Shown in pieces: positions 39,025-49,778 of a DNA stretch of 64,000 nt. Source of the stretch: Candidatus Cloacimonadales bacterium. Its GTDB lineage: Bacteria; Cloacimonadota; Cloacimonadia; Cloacimonadales; JAFGVF01. The stretch lies in contig OY762964.1 in NCBI GenBank assembly GCA_963667035.1, forward strand, positions 2,016,001 through 2,080,000, given 5' to 3'. The position numbers and the translations under genes are program-made. Below the pieces are notes generated by a model. It was not told the origin of the DNA. It made no database searches and was given only the letters and a program-made list of their open reading frames with translations. Position 1 is the first letter of the stretch. Each line of letters opens with the position of its first letter.

Positions 39025-40566
39025 ATGAAAAAGTTTCTCCTAAGAAGTGTCTCTTCTCCAATTATTAATGATTACGATTTACATTATCTTGTCTCCCGTA
39101 AGCTAAAGATAAATCAAAGCGATATTGCCGACTTAACCTTAATCCGTAAATCGATAGATGCCAGAAAGAGAAACAATCTTAGGTTTAACTTCACTGTTGA
39201 AGTAACTTTTAATAATCAACCTCCTAAACATCCGGACTTGCTTCCTGTGAATGATCCCCCAAAAATTATACTTCCAACAGTCATTGTTTCTAATCCCAGT
39301 CCCATTATTATCGGAGCCGGTCCTTCAGGTTTATTCTGTGCTCTGGCGATGGTAGAAAAAGGATTAAAGCCAATCATCTATGATAGAGGAAATAAGATTG
39401 AGAACCGTAAGAAGTGTATTAAGGAGTTTTGGCAAAAAGGCATTCTTAACGAAGATAGCAACATACAGTTTGGAGAAGGCGGAGCAGGAACTTTCTCGGA
39501 TGGTAAATTAACTGCTAGAAACAGAGACATATTCTCCGAAAAAGTGTTTGATTCACTTGTTACTTTCGGAGCTGATAAGGAAATCCAATTCGAAGCTCTT
39601 CCCCATCTCGGAACCGATAAACTGGAAGTTATCATTACCAATATTAGCAAGTATTTGGAATCTATGGGATGTGAATTCCATTGGAACTCCAAACTAACCG
39701 AGCTTAAATCTAAAGGTAATAAGATTATATCTCTTAGAATTAATAATGAAATCATTCGACCTGAAACAGTAGTGTTAGGAGTGGGTAATGCAGCTAGAGA
39801 TATATTTACTAATCTACACCAAAACAATATAGCCATTGAATCAAAAGACTTTGCAATGGGTGTGAGAATAGAGCATAGTCAAGACTACCTTAATAACACA
39901 TTCTATGGGGATAAAACAGACTTCTCAATTACTGGTCCGGCAACCTATAGACTTACCAGAAAGGTGAGCGGTACAGGAGTTTATAGCTTCTGTATGTGCC
40001 CCGGAGGACTCGTAATCAATGGTACTTCTGAGAACGAATCAATTGTTACCAATGGGATGAGCAATTCTTCAAGAACAGGTAAATACGGAAACAGTGCTAT
40101 TGTTGTGACTGTTAATAGTGATAAAAGTAATCCCTTCTTCGGTATGGAGCTACAGAAGAGTATAGAGCAAAAAGCATTTAGACAAGGTTACCAAGCCCCT
40201 GTTCAATCTGGTAAAGCTTTTCTTTCTGGAAAAAATGACTCTCATAAGATTACAGGATCTTTCCTTCCGGGAACGGTGAACAGTAATCTTCATAATCTTT
40301 TACCTAAAAGCATCGCACAGCCTCTTAAAACTGCTTTGACCCATTGGGATAAGAATCTAAACGGTTTTGCTAAGAATGGTGTACTTATTGCTCCTGAAAC
40401 AAGAACTTCTTCACCTATCCGTATTGTGAGAGATTATCAAACCAGAGCTTCTGTAAGTGCAACAAATCTCTATCCTATCGGAGAAGGTGCCGGTTATGCA
40501 GGCGGAATAATCAGCAGTGCAGTCGATGGTTGGAAGACAGGTTCTGTGTTCGAGCTAAAGGGTTAA
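39025..40566 (+). CDS. NAD(P)/FAD-dependent oxidoreductase
   Basis: IIGAGPSG, FGEGGAGTFSDGKL, SFCMCPGG, ETRTSSP and GEGAGYAGGI motifs. True start at MKKF after GAGGT. Confidence 0.9.
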   Translation: MKKFLLRSVSSPIINDYDLHYLVSRKLKINQSDIADLTLIRKSIDARKRNNLRFNFTVEVTFNNQPPKHPDLLPVNDPPKIILPTVIVSNPSPIIIGAGPSGLFCALAMVEKGLKPIIYDRGNKIENRKKCIKEFWQKGILNEDSNIQFGEGGAGTFSDGKLTARNRDIFSEKVFDSLVTFGADKEIQFEALPHLGTDKLEVIITNISKYLESMGCEFHWNSKLTELKSKGNKIISLRINNEIIRPETVVLGVGNAARDIFTNLHQNNIAIESKDFAMGVRIEHSQDYLNNTFYGDKTDFSITGPATYRLTRKVSGTGVYSFCMCPGGLVINGTSENESIVTNGMSNSSRTGKYGNSAIVVTVNSDKSNPFFGMELQKSIEQKAFRQGYQAPVQSGKAFLSGKNDSHKITGSFLPGTVNSNLHNLLPKSIAQPLKTALTHWDKNLNGFAKNGVLIAPETRTSSPIRIVRDYQTRASVSATNLYPIGEGAGYAGGIISSAVDGWKTGSVFELKG

Positions 40567-41772
40567 CACTCCATAGTTACCGTCAAAGCCGGCAGGTTCA
40601 AAGGAGAACTTACCGTCATGTATTTTTAGTAGTCTTGCCAGGATATCGCTCTCTAGCTTATTATCAAGCTTACGTAAAATTAACTCTTTTGGTGCTAACC
40701 AAAAATCTATTTCGGTTTCAAATTCATTCAGGACAAGATTGAATCTATCAATAACATTTCCGGAAGTTATACTCTTCAATCCCATTGCTAAAGCTATTGC
40801 TTCAATCAGAGGTAACAAATGGTGAAACTTTCTTGTATGAACCGCTTCATATCCATTTGCCAATTGCTTCACTCTTCTCTCTACTCCCGGTAGGAATGGT
40901 TTGTTGCATATCGGGCAAATGCTTTCTTCTACACTGCCGGCAATATAAGCAACTTCATGTCCTGCCCTATCAGCTCTATGTCCCGTATTATAATAACGTC
41001 CCTCTTCCGGATTAAACTCAGCGGTAAACTCAACACTGTTTTGTCTTAATGCTTCTACAATGCCTTTATAGCTCCTTTCTTTCACATTCAGCATAGTAAA
41101 CTCACGCCCTATTCTGTTCAGAGCGGCACTATGGCAATCACTATTGGAAATCATGGTCATTCCGGAGAGCTCTTCAATCTGCTCAAGCATAAAAGGATCT
41201 GCACTTAAGCCTGTTTCTATCGTACTAATCTCGCTAGTAAAATCGCCGTAGAATTCATGTATGGATTCCAACATATTCTTACTTCCCAAAACTCCTTCAG
41301 GAGTCATTACATGGGCAGGAATTACTTCAACTAATGGATGTATCGCTTTTATTTCAAATAGTCTGTCAGTTTGCTGTTTTAGGTTCTCACTAACAATAAA
41401 CGGTCTACCTATTGTGTTTTTCTGCCCCCATTTATCCATTAGTTTCTGCATCTTCATAATGGATTCAAAGTCGGGAAACAGGACAACATGATGAGCCATA
41501 ATCTTACGTTTATAACCCTCAAGTTTTACAGATAGTATAATTTCGGTTTGGAGAGCAAATTGTTCCTGACTATCCTTAAAGGAGAAGAGACCTTCTGTAG
41601 TTTCATTAAGCACTTGTCTTAACTCCTCGGTTCTCTTAGGGAACAACACATCTCCAGCTCCAAATACGGAGATACCTTTCTTCTTCATTGTTGCAACTAT
41701 GTCTTCAAGCTTTATATTGCCAACTCCTCCGGCATAACCGGAATGCGAATGTAAATCTACTGCTAATCTCAT
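40555..41772 (-). CDS. endonuclease Q-like PHP-domain protein with Zn ribbon
   Basis: DLHSHS, IPAHVMTP, IETGLSAD, SNSDCHS, RIGRE, GRYY..GHR, CPIC and GFDGNYG motifs. Confidence 0.82.
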   Translation of the reverse strand: MRLAVDLHSHSGYAGGVGNIKLEDIVATMKKKGISVFGAGDVLFPKRTEELRQVLNETTEGLFSFKDSQEQFALQTEIILSVKLEGYKRKIMAHHVVLFPDFESIMKMQKLMDKWGQKNTIGRPFIVSENLKQQTDRLFEIKAIHPLVEVIPAHVMTPEGVLGSKNMLESIHEFYGDFTSEISTIETGLSADPFMLEQIEELSGMTMISNSDCHSAALNRIGREFTMLNVKERSYKGIVEALRQNSVEFTAEFNPEEGRYYNTGHRADRAGHEVAYIAGSVEESICPICNKPFLPGVERRVKQLANGYEAVHTRKFHHLLPLIEAIALAMGLKSITSGNVIDRFNLVLNEFETEIDFWLAPKELILRKLDNKLESDILARLLKIHDGKFSFEPAGFDGNYGVLTL

Positions 41773-42530
41773 TCTCTTATCTCCGGAGCAAACATCTCGT
41801 ATTCAGCTCCCATGGCTTTTATAACTTGAATACTTCTGTCGTAGTGTTTATCAAAAAGGTCAATTGTGTGAGCATCGGAACCGATAGTTAGCAATCTTCC
41901 ACCTAAATCAAAGTATAGATCAAGATCCCTGACAATAGGCAGAATCTCATTAATCGGTTTACTATATCCCGAGTTGTTGATCTCAAGAGCGATTCCTTTT
42001 TCTATCATCACTTTGAAAATCTCTTTCTTCAAATCCTTAACATGGTTTTCTTCATGCCTTTTGTATCTGTTAAAGATACCTAGATGCCCTAAGATATGGA
42101 AATCAGCTTGCTCAACCATGTTCAGATTCATCAGATAGTAATCCTTTATCTCATCTTTATTCAAGAATCCTTCGAAGTATGTGGATATTTCTCTTTTATT
42201 GGACAAGAAATGAATGGAAGCTAACAGATAATCAGGTGCATAATCACCGAATATATCCTCCAGTTCACTTTTAAACCAGTGATACTCCCCCACTTCGGCT
42301 CCCAAGGCAAGTTTAATTTCTGGATACTTGTTGCTGAGTTCTCTAATGATTTCAGTATAATTACCAAACTCGATGTTCTTGTGAGTACTCACACTCTCGG
42401 CAATAATGTCAAAATGATCTGTTATCCCAATCATTTCATAGTTTGTATCAATTGCTCTTTCAATAAGAGCTTCCGGTTCTATAATGCTGTCGGAACTGTA
42501 TTTTGTATGTATATGTAAATCTGTTTTCAT
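41769..42530 (-). CDS. PHP-family histidinol-phosphatase-like protein
   Basis: DLHIHT, ITDH, ASIH, GHL, ALEIN and GSDAH motifs; start at MKTD. Confidence 0.85.
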   Translation of the reverse strand: MKTDLHIHTKYSSDSIIEPEALIERAIDTNYEMIGITDHFDIIAESVSTHKNIEFGNYTEIIRELSNKYPEIKLALGAEVGEYHWFKSELEDIFGDYAPDYLLASIHFLSNKREISTYFEGFLNKDEIKDYYLMNLNMVEQADFHILGHLGIFNRYKRHEENHVKDLKKEIFKVMIEKGIALEINNSGYSKPINEILPIVRDLDLYFDLGGRLLTIGSDAHTIDLFDKHYDRSIQVIKAMGAEYEMFAPEIRE

Positions 42531-42599
42531 GATAATCCTATCCAGATGTTTTTTGCATTTAGAGGAATGGCAGTTATTAGTCAATGAATATTGTGTTTT

Positions 42600-42760
42600 G
42601 AGTGCATTGACTGTGTCGATGCTGAATTACAATAGTAATTTAATCCACTTATGACGGAAATAACGTTAACTAAATATGAAATGCTCTTCTAATATCAGTG
42701 ATAGTTCCAAACTGCGTTTGGAGAATTATTCTAGGAGTGCATCGTCTGTGTCGATGCAGA
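42600..42760. repeat. two copies of a 26-bp palindromic unit
   Basis: GAGTGCATTGACTGTGTCGATGCTGA (42600-42625) and GAGTGCATCGTCTGTGTCGATGCAGA (42735-42760); another hairpin TCCAAACtgcGTTTGGA between them. Confidence 0.65.
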
Positions 42761-43180
42761 TTTGCTTATGCAAGTCTCAACAATGTACTGCAACTCTCAT
42801 GAGTTGTTGTGACGACGAAGTCAAATACATAAAACCGTAACAGGAATGTGATAAAAGATAACATTTTAGGCTTATTAATGTGTTGCTTCATTCTTTTCAA
42901 AACGATGATATTAATATTGTTTAAGCTCATTCTTTATTACAAAAAATTAATAGTTTAGCTAATGAAATGCTCACTCATTGTTCTCTCATAGTTATTGTTT
43001 AAGAGCAATCAATTTCTACTCCTATTCTTATCACTCTCTTATGTTTTTGCACAGGGATTGCTCAAGAGACTCATAAGAATCGGACAAATTTCAATAGATT
43101 ATTATGATGGAGCATAGAAGAAATGATAAAACTATTTTGAGTATCTTTGATTAACCTGAGATAGATAAAATTAGCAAAAT

Positions 43181-44352
43181 ATAATCCCAACGGGATTAAA
43201 TGTGAGTAGCCATGTACGAAGTGCATGGTTATAGAATACCCCAAAAAACATCTACCCCGAAGTGGGTCGAATGTGATAGGTAAGAAACAGGTTATTTAAC
43301 CCCGTTGGGGTTTGTATTCGTTTATTTCCATTACCCCGAGTTGCACTCGGGGCTACTGATGTGTAACCATTTCATGGTTGTAGTACAGATTTTGGGATAA
43401 TTAACATAAACATACTGAATTACTTTATATCCTGTTGCAAGTCACGCCCCAATAGGGCTAATCCGTACTTTATTATGATACCACATGCCAAGGCATGTGG
43501 CTATTAAACAAACGCCTCTTCAAGGCTATTCCGATATTCATGACAAACAAAATGTTCCAGGCATGTGGCTATTGAACAAACGCCTCTTCAAGGCTATTCC
43601 GATATTCATGACAAACAAAATGTTCCAGGCATGTGGCTATTGAACGAACGCCACTTCGAGGCTATTCAGATATCTATGACAAGCAAAACATTCCAGGTAT
43701 GTGGCTATTGAACGGACGCATCTTCGAGGCTAATCTGATAATTCTTAACAAACATGCAAACACGGGTGAATGCTATATATACATCATAAAGGCTTATGAA
43801 GGGTCAAAATGTTGAGTTCCTATATACAGTAATTCCATTTAGTCTTGTCTGGACGTAACATTGAACTAAGACTAATGCAGTGACAAGAGAGTTAGCAGAG
43901 CATAATCCCAACGGGATTAAATATGAGTAGCCATGTACGAAGTGCATGGTTATAGAATCCCCCAAAAAACATCGACCCCGAAGTGGGTCGAATGTGATAG
44001 GTGAAGACATGTTATTTTACCCCGTTGGGGTTTGTATTCGTTTGTCTACATTACCCCGAGTTGCACTCGGGGCTACTGATGTGTAACCATTTCATGGTTG
44101 TAGTACAGATTTTGGGATAATTAACATAAACATACTGAATTACATTATATCCTGTTGCAAGTCACGCCCCAATAGGGCTAATCCGTACTTTATTATGATA
44201 CCACATGCCAAGGCATGTGGCTATTAAACAAACGCCTCTTCAAGGCTATTCCGATATTCATGACAAACAAAATGTTCCAGGCATGTGGCTATTGAACGAA
44301 CGCCACTTCGAGACTATTCCGATATTCATGACAAACAAAATGTTCTAGGTGG
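43181..44352. repeat. duplicated ~450-bp REP-like composite block (offset ~720 bp)
   Basis: 43181-43630 is nearly identical to 43902-44350; multiple TAGCC-footed hairpins. Confidence 0.92.
43492..43752. repeat. 68-bp tandem array (~4 copies; 2 more at 44212-44350)
   Basis: Units start at 43492, 43560, 43628 and 43696 (GGCATGTGGCTATT...AATGTTCCA) and diverge rightwards. Confidence 0.92.
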
Positions 44353-45537
44353 CTAGTAAGCAAACTTCTTAGGTTTAAGTCGCTTCCTCAGAAGAATCAA
44401 CATAACAGTTGAAACTGCCAGAATTACTCCCATTCTAATATAAACCGTAAAGGCATCATTATTATCCAGACCCTTTCCGACAAAAGGAGCAAAAATAGCA
44501 AATCCAAGACTACCCGCTAAGCTAACTAATGAAATGACCGTTGCTCTGAATTTATCCTCAACATTATGATTTATATAGAATCTTAATGTCGGATCTTTTA
44601 AACCCCTTACAATCTGTTGCAGAGATAGGATTACCAACATGAATGGAGTTTTTAGTAGTCCCGGGATGATAAAGCTTATCACCAGAATCCAGCATAGTCC
44701 GATTAGTATCTTCCTTGGACGCTCATCATAGTATTTAGCTACCAGATACTTTGATGAGAAGGCTGCAACCAGATTAAATCCGAAATAAATCCAACCATAA
44801 TAGATTACATCTATGTTAACTGCCGAGAAATAAGGCTGATACATCCAGTAACTACTCCTGAAAAAGAAACCTATTACAAATGCAAACATTATTGCCCAAA
44901 GGATTCTTGGATGGCTTACTGCATAGCTTGTGCTTTTAAATATATGGAAGATATAGCTATGCTTACTCTTCTCAATCTCAGTATCTGTAAAAAATATGCT
45001 TGCAACACCTGCCAAGGCAAGAAACACCAATGAAATTATGAATGGGATTATCTCACCAATCATATATAAGTAACCCGATACAATTGAGCCTATTGCTTGT
45101 GATATGAAGATGTATGAAGAACTATTCCCCTCATACCTTTGATACTCTTTACGCTTATCAAGTTTTGTGAGGGATTCATATAGAATTGCGGAATCAGCAC
45201 CACTGGCAAAAGTCATACCCAATCCGAACAATAACTCGGCAATGGCAAACATAAAGAATGAGTTAAAAAGAACATAGAACGAAAGTCCTGTTATACAGAT
45301 AATCTCACTTATAACTAATGAAAACTTTCTCGAGATTTTATCAGCAACAGCCCCCGTAGGCACTTCAAATACAAACACACTTACAGCTGATATTGATTGA
45401 AGAAGCATAATCTGAGAGTAAGATAATCCTTTCCAAATCATATAAGGAACCATTATCGGCCCTATAATCATTAGGCTTGAAAGAACTCTATAGTAAGGGT
45501 AAATCTTCAGATTTTTATTGTATACATCTTCATACAT
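44353..45537 (-). CDS. MFS transporter
   Basis: FEVPTGAVADKISRK, SGADSAILYESL and RATVIS motifs; about 12 TM segments. Confidence 0.9.
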   Translation of the reverse strand: MYEDVYNKNLKIYPYYRVLSSLMIIGPIMVPYMIWKGLSYSQIMLLQSISAVSVFVFEVPTGAVADKISRKFSLVISEIICITGLSFYVLFNSFFMFAIAELLFGLGMTFASGADSAILYESLTKLDKRKEYQRYEGNSSSYIFISQAIGSIVSGYLYMIGEIIPFIISLVFLALAGVASIFFTDTEIEKSKHSYIFHIFKSTSYAVSHPRILWAIMFAFVIGFFFRSSYWMYQPYFSAVNIDVIYYGWIYFGFNLVAAFSSKYLVAKYYDERPRKILIGLCWILVISFIIPGLLKTPFMLVILSLQQIVRGLKDPTLRFYINHNVEDKFRATVISLVSLAGSLGFAIFAPFVGKGLDNNDAFTVYIRMGVILAVSTVMLILLRKRLKPKKFAY

Positions 45538-45764
45538 AAGCACCTCGTCAATAATCATCGACCTGAGTTAAAACTTCATAATACATGGTCGGGAATAGTA
45601 CTAAATCTTTAACAAGATGCAATAAATAGAATTACGGAGTATTTTGTCAATAAGAGTGGGATTAATATTTTAAATGGGAGAAGGAAAGAAGCCCAAAACT
45701 TCCTTAGAAAAGAAGAGGCAATCAGACTCTTCCAAAGAGACTTCGGACTTCGAATTCCATTCCT

Positions 45765-46754
45765 TTAAGATTCGGTCGGATCGTTCTGACCCAACATAGC
45801 CAAATAAAAGGCTACTATATCAATAAAATAAACTAAAGCGGCAAAGTCAACAAAATCATTATCAGATTCAGCAAAAAGTTCAAGGAAGTTAATTCCTTTT
45901 TTTGCAAGCAGTTCCTTGAACTCATCGTGTTCAGTGGTCTCAAAGCTCAATTTATCAATAATGATAGGTATATAATTCTCATTTAGTAACTCTCTGTTCC
46001 ATACACCCATTTCATAAGTCAATGCATGGTCGTAGCTACTGTAAAATGCAGGATATTTAGAAATTCTGTTTACCTGATTCTTAAGCCTTCCCGCAACAGG
46101 ACGATAAACCTTATTAGTATAATAGATTAGAGGAATTCTCCCATGAATATGATGAGCAAAATGCTTAGCCATATTCATAGTAAAAGGCTGATTCCTAGTT
46201 ATAGCACCAGCTTTTGTAATCAAAGCCGCTATCATCCTGTCAATCAACTTATCATTCTCCAGAACTCCGGTAAGTTGTAATGATTTAACAACAAGAGTGT
46301 ATAGATACGGGAAATTAAGTGAAGGTAAGTTAGATGTGGTGAAATAGAACCCGTTTTGCCTGAATTCTACTTTATTCAATTCGGTAGAAATCATAACCAG
46401 ATCAGCGGGAGATTGATTTATAACGGATAAGTAGTTATCATTCTTGATTCTTTCAGTGTCGAAATCTATATAAATTACCAATGTATTCTCTTTTAAATAA
46501 AGAGGATTAAGATTATCCGTATTCATCACCTCAATAGTGCCTTTCAAAACTTCCCTGAAAGTACGAGTTGTATTACATTTATTCTTGTTAAGGAAGACTA
46601 CTGTTGTGTATTCATTATTTTTAAAAGGTGTCACATCTACATAATCTATGCTTTCTTTAGCCAACATAGCACACTGCGGGTAGTGAATAATCTGGTCATA
46701 GACGTTGTTAGTATCAATCTTCTTTATAAGATCAATATCATCTAAAAGGTGCAT
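45765..46754 (-). CDS. SIS-domain protein related to bifunctional PGI/PMI (degenerate)
   Basis: LDD...KIDTNNVY N-terminus, AKHFA...IPLIY, and RLKNQVN..SK; lacks the GMGGS loop. Confidence 0.6.
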   Translation of the reverse strand: MHLLDDIDLIKKIDTNNVYDQIIHYPQCAMLAKESIDYVDVTPFKNNEYTTVVFLNKNKCNTTRTFREVLKGTIEVMNTDNLNPLYLKENTLVIYIDFDTERIKNDNYLSVINQSPADLVMISTELNKVEFRQNGFYFTTSNLPSLNFPYLYTLVVKSLQLTGVLENDKLIDRMIAALITKAGAITRNQPFTMNMAKHFAHHIHGRIPLIYYTNKVYRPVAGRLKNQVNRISKYPAFYSSYDHALTYEMGVWNRELLNENYIPIIIDKLSFETTEHDEFKELLAKKGINFLELFAESDNDFVDFAALVYFIDIVAFYLAMLGQNDPTES

Positions 46755-46762
46755 TGTTACTC

Positions 46763-48121
46763 CTAAATTTTAAATTTATGGTCTCGTGAAGAGATGTAAG
46801 AATCCACATTATCTTGCTTATCCTGATAATCAGGATGTCCCATAAGAGCATAAGTGGCAACCTTACCTGCCTCAACACCCGGTTGATCAAGCGGATTAAT
46901 ATTGGAAAGATAACCTGTCAAGACTGTAGTTAACTCATAAAGATAAATAAACTCACCGACGTGATATTCGTTAATTTCAGGTATTGTAATAGTACAATTA
47001 GGGCATCCGGCTTCCGTAAGAGCTATCTCGGTCGCCAGTTGTTCAGTGTTTAAAAGCTCACTCAAAGATTTATCTGCAAGGAAGTTGGTCGTTAGCTCAT
47101 CCGGATAAAGATTTGGTATCACATAATCATGCCTGAACTCTTCGACTCTTATAAAAGTAACTATCTTGTCATGAGGACCTTCGGTATACAATTGGACTTG
47201 AGAATGCTGGTCAGTAGAGCCGAGACTTTTAGCAGGAGTCTGCCCCACTCTAACCTGATTACCGTTATTATCTAATTTCTTACCAAGACTTTCACCCCAC
47301 AACTGTCTATACCAATCAGCCATATCATACATAGCATTAGAATATGGCATCATAACCGATATATTGAAGCCTTTATCCATAAGTAACTTGTGAGTTAAGG
47401 CAAGTACCATAGCGGGATTGCTTAAAAAATCCTTACTTCGGCATTTATCTCTCATTGACTTAGCACCATCTAATAAGCGGTCAATATTGACTCCGGCAAA
47501 TGCTAAGGGAACCAGTCCGACATCAGTTAAAACAGAGAAACGCCCACCTACATTTGCAGGGACAGTAAAAGAAGGAAGCTTCTCCCATTCGGTTAATCTT
47601 CTTAGGAAGCCTTTCTCTTTATCAGTTGTAACTAATAAATGTTTCTTATAATCCTTAGGATAAGCCTCTTTAAGGATTTTGTGTACAATTAAAAATTGTG
47701 AAAGAGTCTCAGCAGTTCCACCTGATTTGGTTATAACATTAAAAATTGTTCTCTTTAACTCAATCTTTTCAAGTATCTCATATAGGAGAGTTGGATCAAC
47801 ATTATCACAAACATATACTTTATTTACTAAAGACTTTGCTGTCTTTAAAGCATTGTAAATTGCTGTAGTTCCAAGTGCTGAGCCACCTATTCCCAAAACA
47901 ACTATCGTATCAATATCCGGTGAAACAGTTGCTACGTAATCGTTAATCTTAGTAGTATCATAGTCGGGTAGAGAATCAAAACCTAACACTTCATTCTTCA
48001 CTTCCGATAGAAAATGGTTAAAGGCTTTTTCTGCCTCAGGCAAAGCGTTTATTAAATCATCATAGGTGATACCATTCTCTTTGTTAGGTAAATTAAGTAG
48101 ATTCTGATATAATAGTTTCAT
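46763..48121 (-). CDS. pgi: glucose-6-phosphate isomerase
   Basis: GIGGSALG, TKSGGTAET, VGGRFSV, QLWGESLGK, DQHS and DQPGVEAGK motifs. Confidence 0.96.
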   Translation of the reverse strand: MKLLYQNLLNLPNKENGITYDDLINALPEAEKAFNHFLSEVKNEVLGFDSLPDYDTTKINDYVATVSPDIDTIVVLGIGGSALGTTAIYNALKTAKSLVNKVYVCDNVDPTLLYEILEKIELKRTIFNVITKSGGTAETLSQFLIVHKILKEAYPKDYKKHLLVTTDKEKGFLRRLTEWEKLPSFTVPANVGGRFSVLTDVGLVPLAFAGVNIDRLLDGAKSMRDKCRSKDFLSNPAMVLALTHKLLMDKGFNISVMMPYSNAMYDMADWYRQLWGESLGKKLDNNGNQVRVGQTPAKSLGSTDQHSQVQLYTEGPHDKIVTFIRVEEFRHDYVIPNLYPDELTTNFLADKSLSELLNTEQLATEIALTEAGCPNCTITIPEINEYHVGEFIYLYELTTVLTGYLSNINPLDQPGVEAGKVATYALMGHPDYQDKQDNVDSYISSRDHKFKI

Positions 48122-48146
48122 GTGGTACTCCGTTGAGTTATTGTAT

Positions 48147-49778
48147 TCAGTTTGATAGGTTAATGTTTCTAATTGCTTCTTTAATTTTTGCCTGATTAAC
48201 AGGATTTGTGCTTAGAGACCTGAATCCCATTCTTAATAGCATCTCGCAATATGCAGTATTTGATGCCATCTCTCCACAAATACTAACCGGGATTCCCCAC
48301 TCTTTAGCACTTTTTACGGTCATCTCCATTAATTTAAGAACCGCAGGATGATTAGGTTTATAAAATTCTGAGATTGTCGAATTGTTTCTATCAACAGCGA
48401 CCGTATATTGAATTAAGTCGTTGGAACCAATACTAAAGAAATCACATACTTCTGCGAGTTCAGAAGATGTTAAAGCTGCAGAAGGAACTTCAATCATAGA
48501 ACCAAACTTTATCTCGGAAGTAAAACTTTGATTGCTCTCAACCAACTCTTTTCTTGCTTCCTCCACCAGAGCCATAGCTCTAAGAAAGTCATTCTTGTCA
48601 TTTATCATTGGGAACATAACCCATAGTTGTCCATAAACACCGGCTCTTAATAGAGCTCTTAATTGTGTTTTAAAAATATCTGGATTTTTAAGAGAGCATC
48701 GTATACCACGGCAACCAAGATAAGGATTATCCTCTTCCGATATATCAACTGATGGAAATTTATCTCCACCTAGGTCCATAGTACGGATAATCACAGGTTT
48801 ACTCTCCATCTCTAATAAAACTTTCTTATATATATTGAATTGCTTATCTTCAGAAGGAAGCTCTTCTGTTTCCAGATACAAGAATTCAGTTCTAAATAAA
48901 CCTATACCGTCAGGATTAATAGATTTGATGTACTCCAGTTCTTCAGGAATCTCCATATTCACGGATAAAGAAATCAATGAACCGTCTATGGTTTTAGCAG
49001 GTAAATTGATTAACTCTGCTAATTTGGAATCTCTTGCCTCTTTATCTCGGATAAGCTCTCCATACTCTGCTTTTGTTTCTTGATCCGGATTAACAATAAT
49101 GAATCCTTTATCACCATCAACAATCAGCTCATCATCAGTGTATATCTTATCTTGAATACCATTTATACCAGCAACAAAAGTCAAACCCATTGATCGAGCC
49201 AATATGGAACTGTGAGAAGTCTCAGAGCCATGTTCAGAACAAAAGCACTTAATCCCTGAATTGAATAGATGAATCACTTTAGATGGTGTTATATCGTTAA
49301 GAATAGGTATATCACCCTTTTTTAAGTTAAGAAAATCATCGTTTGAATTACCTGAAAGGTGAAAAAGCATTCTTTGACTTATGTCCATGTAATCATTCGC
49401 TCTTTGTTTGAAATAATCATCTTCCATATTATTGAAGTAGTTAATCATATACGAGAAATGTTTACTGAGAGCTGATTCGAGACATATTAAATCATCATTT
49501 AATGTTTTTTCGATGGATTTATGAAATTCAGGATCCTCCATAATCATAATATGCGAGTTGAGTATTGCCTTGTCTTCGACAGCAAGTGTTAAATCATCCA
49601 GAATTTTCTTTGTGTCACCGATAAGATGATCTACCGTCGATATAAATCTTTGTCGCTCTGAATCCACCTCTGAGGCATCAATAGGCCTGTGATTAACTGT
49701 ATTATGATTAGATTTTATCACCTTGGCTGAGCCTTGCTGTAATCCCCCGGAGATAGCCTTACCAAGAAGTTTTGTCAT
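48147..49778 (-). CDS. ptsI: PTS enzyme I
   Basis: TSHSSILAR (phospho-His), GLFRTEF, RTMDLGGDK, NPYLGCRG and CGEMA motifs. Confidence 0.95.
   Translation of the reverse strand: MTKLLGKAISGGLQQGSAKVIKSNHNTVNHRPIDASEVDSERQRFISTVDHLIGDTKKILDDLTLAVEDKAILNSHIMIMEDPEFHKSIEKTLNDDLICLESALSKHFSYMINYFNNMEDDYFKQRANDYMDISQRMLFHLSGNSNDDFLNLKKGDIPILNDITPSKVIHLFNSGIKCFCSEHGSETSHSSILARSMGLTFVAGINGIQDKIYTDDELIVDGDKGFIIVNPDQETKAEYGELIRDKEARDSKLAELINLPAKTIDGSLISLSVNMEIPEELEYIKSINPDGIGLFRTEFLYLETEELPSEDKQFNIYKKVLLEMESKPVIIRTMDLGGDKFPSVDISEEDNPYLGCRGIRCSLKNPDIFKTQLRALLRAGVYGQLWVMFPMINDKNDFLRAMALVEEARKELVESNQSFTSEIKFGSMIEVPSAALTSSELAEVCDFFSIGSNDLIQYTVAVDRNNSTISEFYKPNHPAVLKLMEMTVKSAKEWGIPVSICGEMASNTAYCEMLLRMGFRSLSTNPVNQAKIKEAIRNINLSN

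Noticed and set aside
43399..43426. dif-like site (AATTAACATAA resembles the XerD arm)
   Set aside because: No XerC arm, and it lies inside the duplicated repeat block.
43633..44010. ORFs 43633..43815 and 43804..44010 (also 62144..62413)
   Set aside because: Chance translations of repeat DNA with no RBS or recognisable motif.
43492..44350. Possible CRISPR array
   Set aside because: Whole 68-bp units repeat with no unique spacers, and there are no cas genes in the window.
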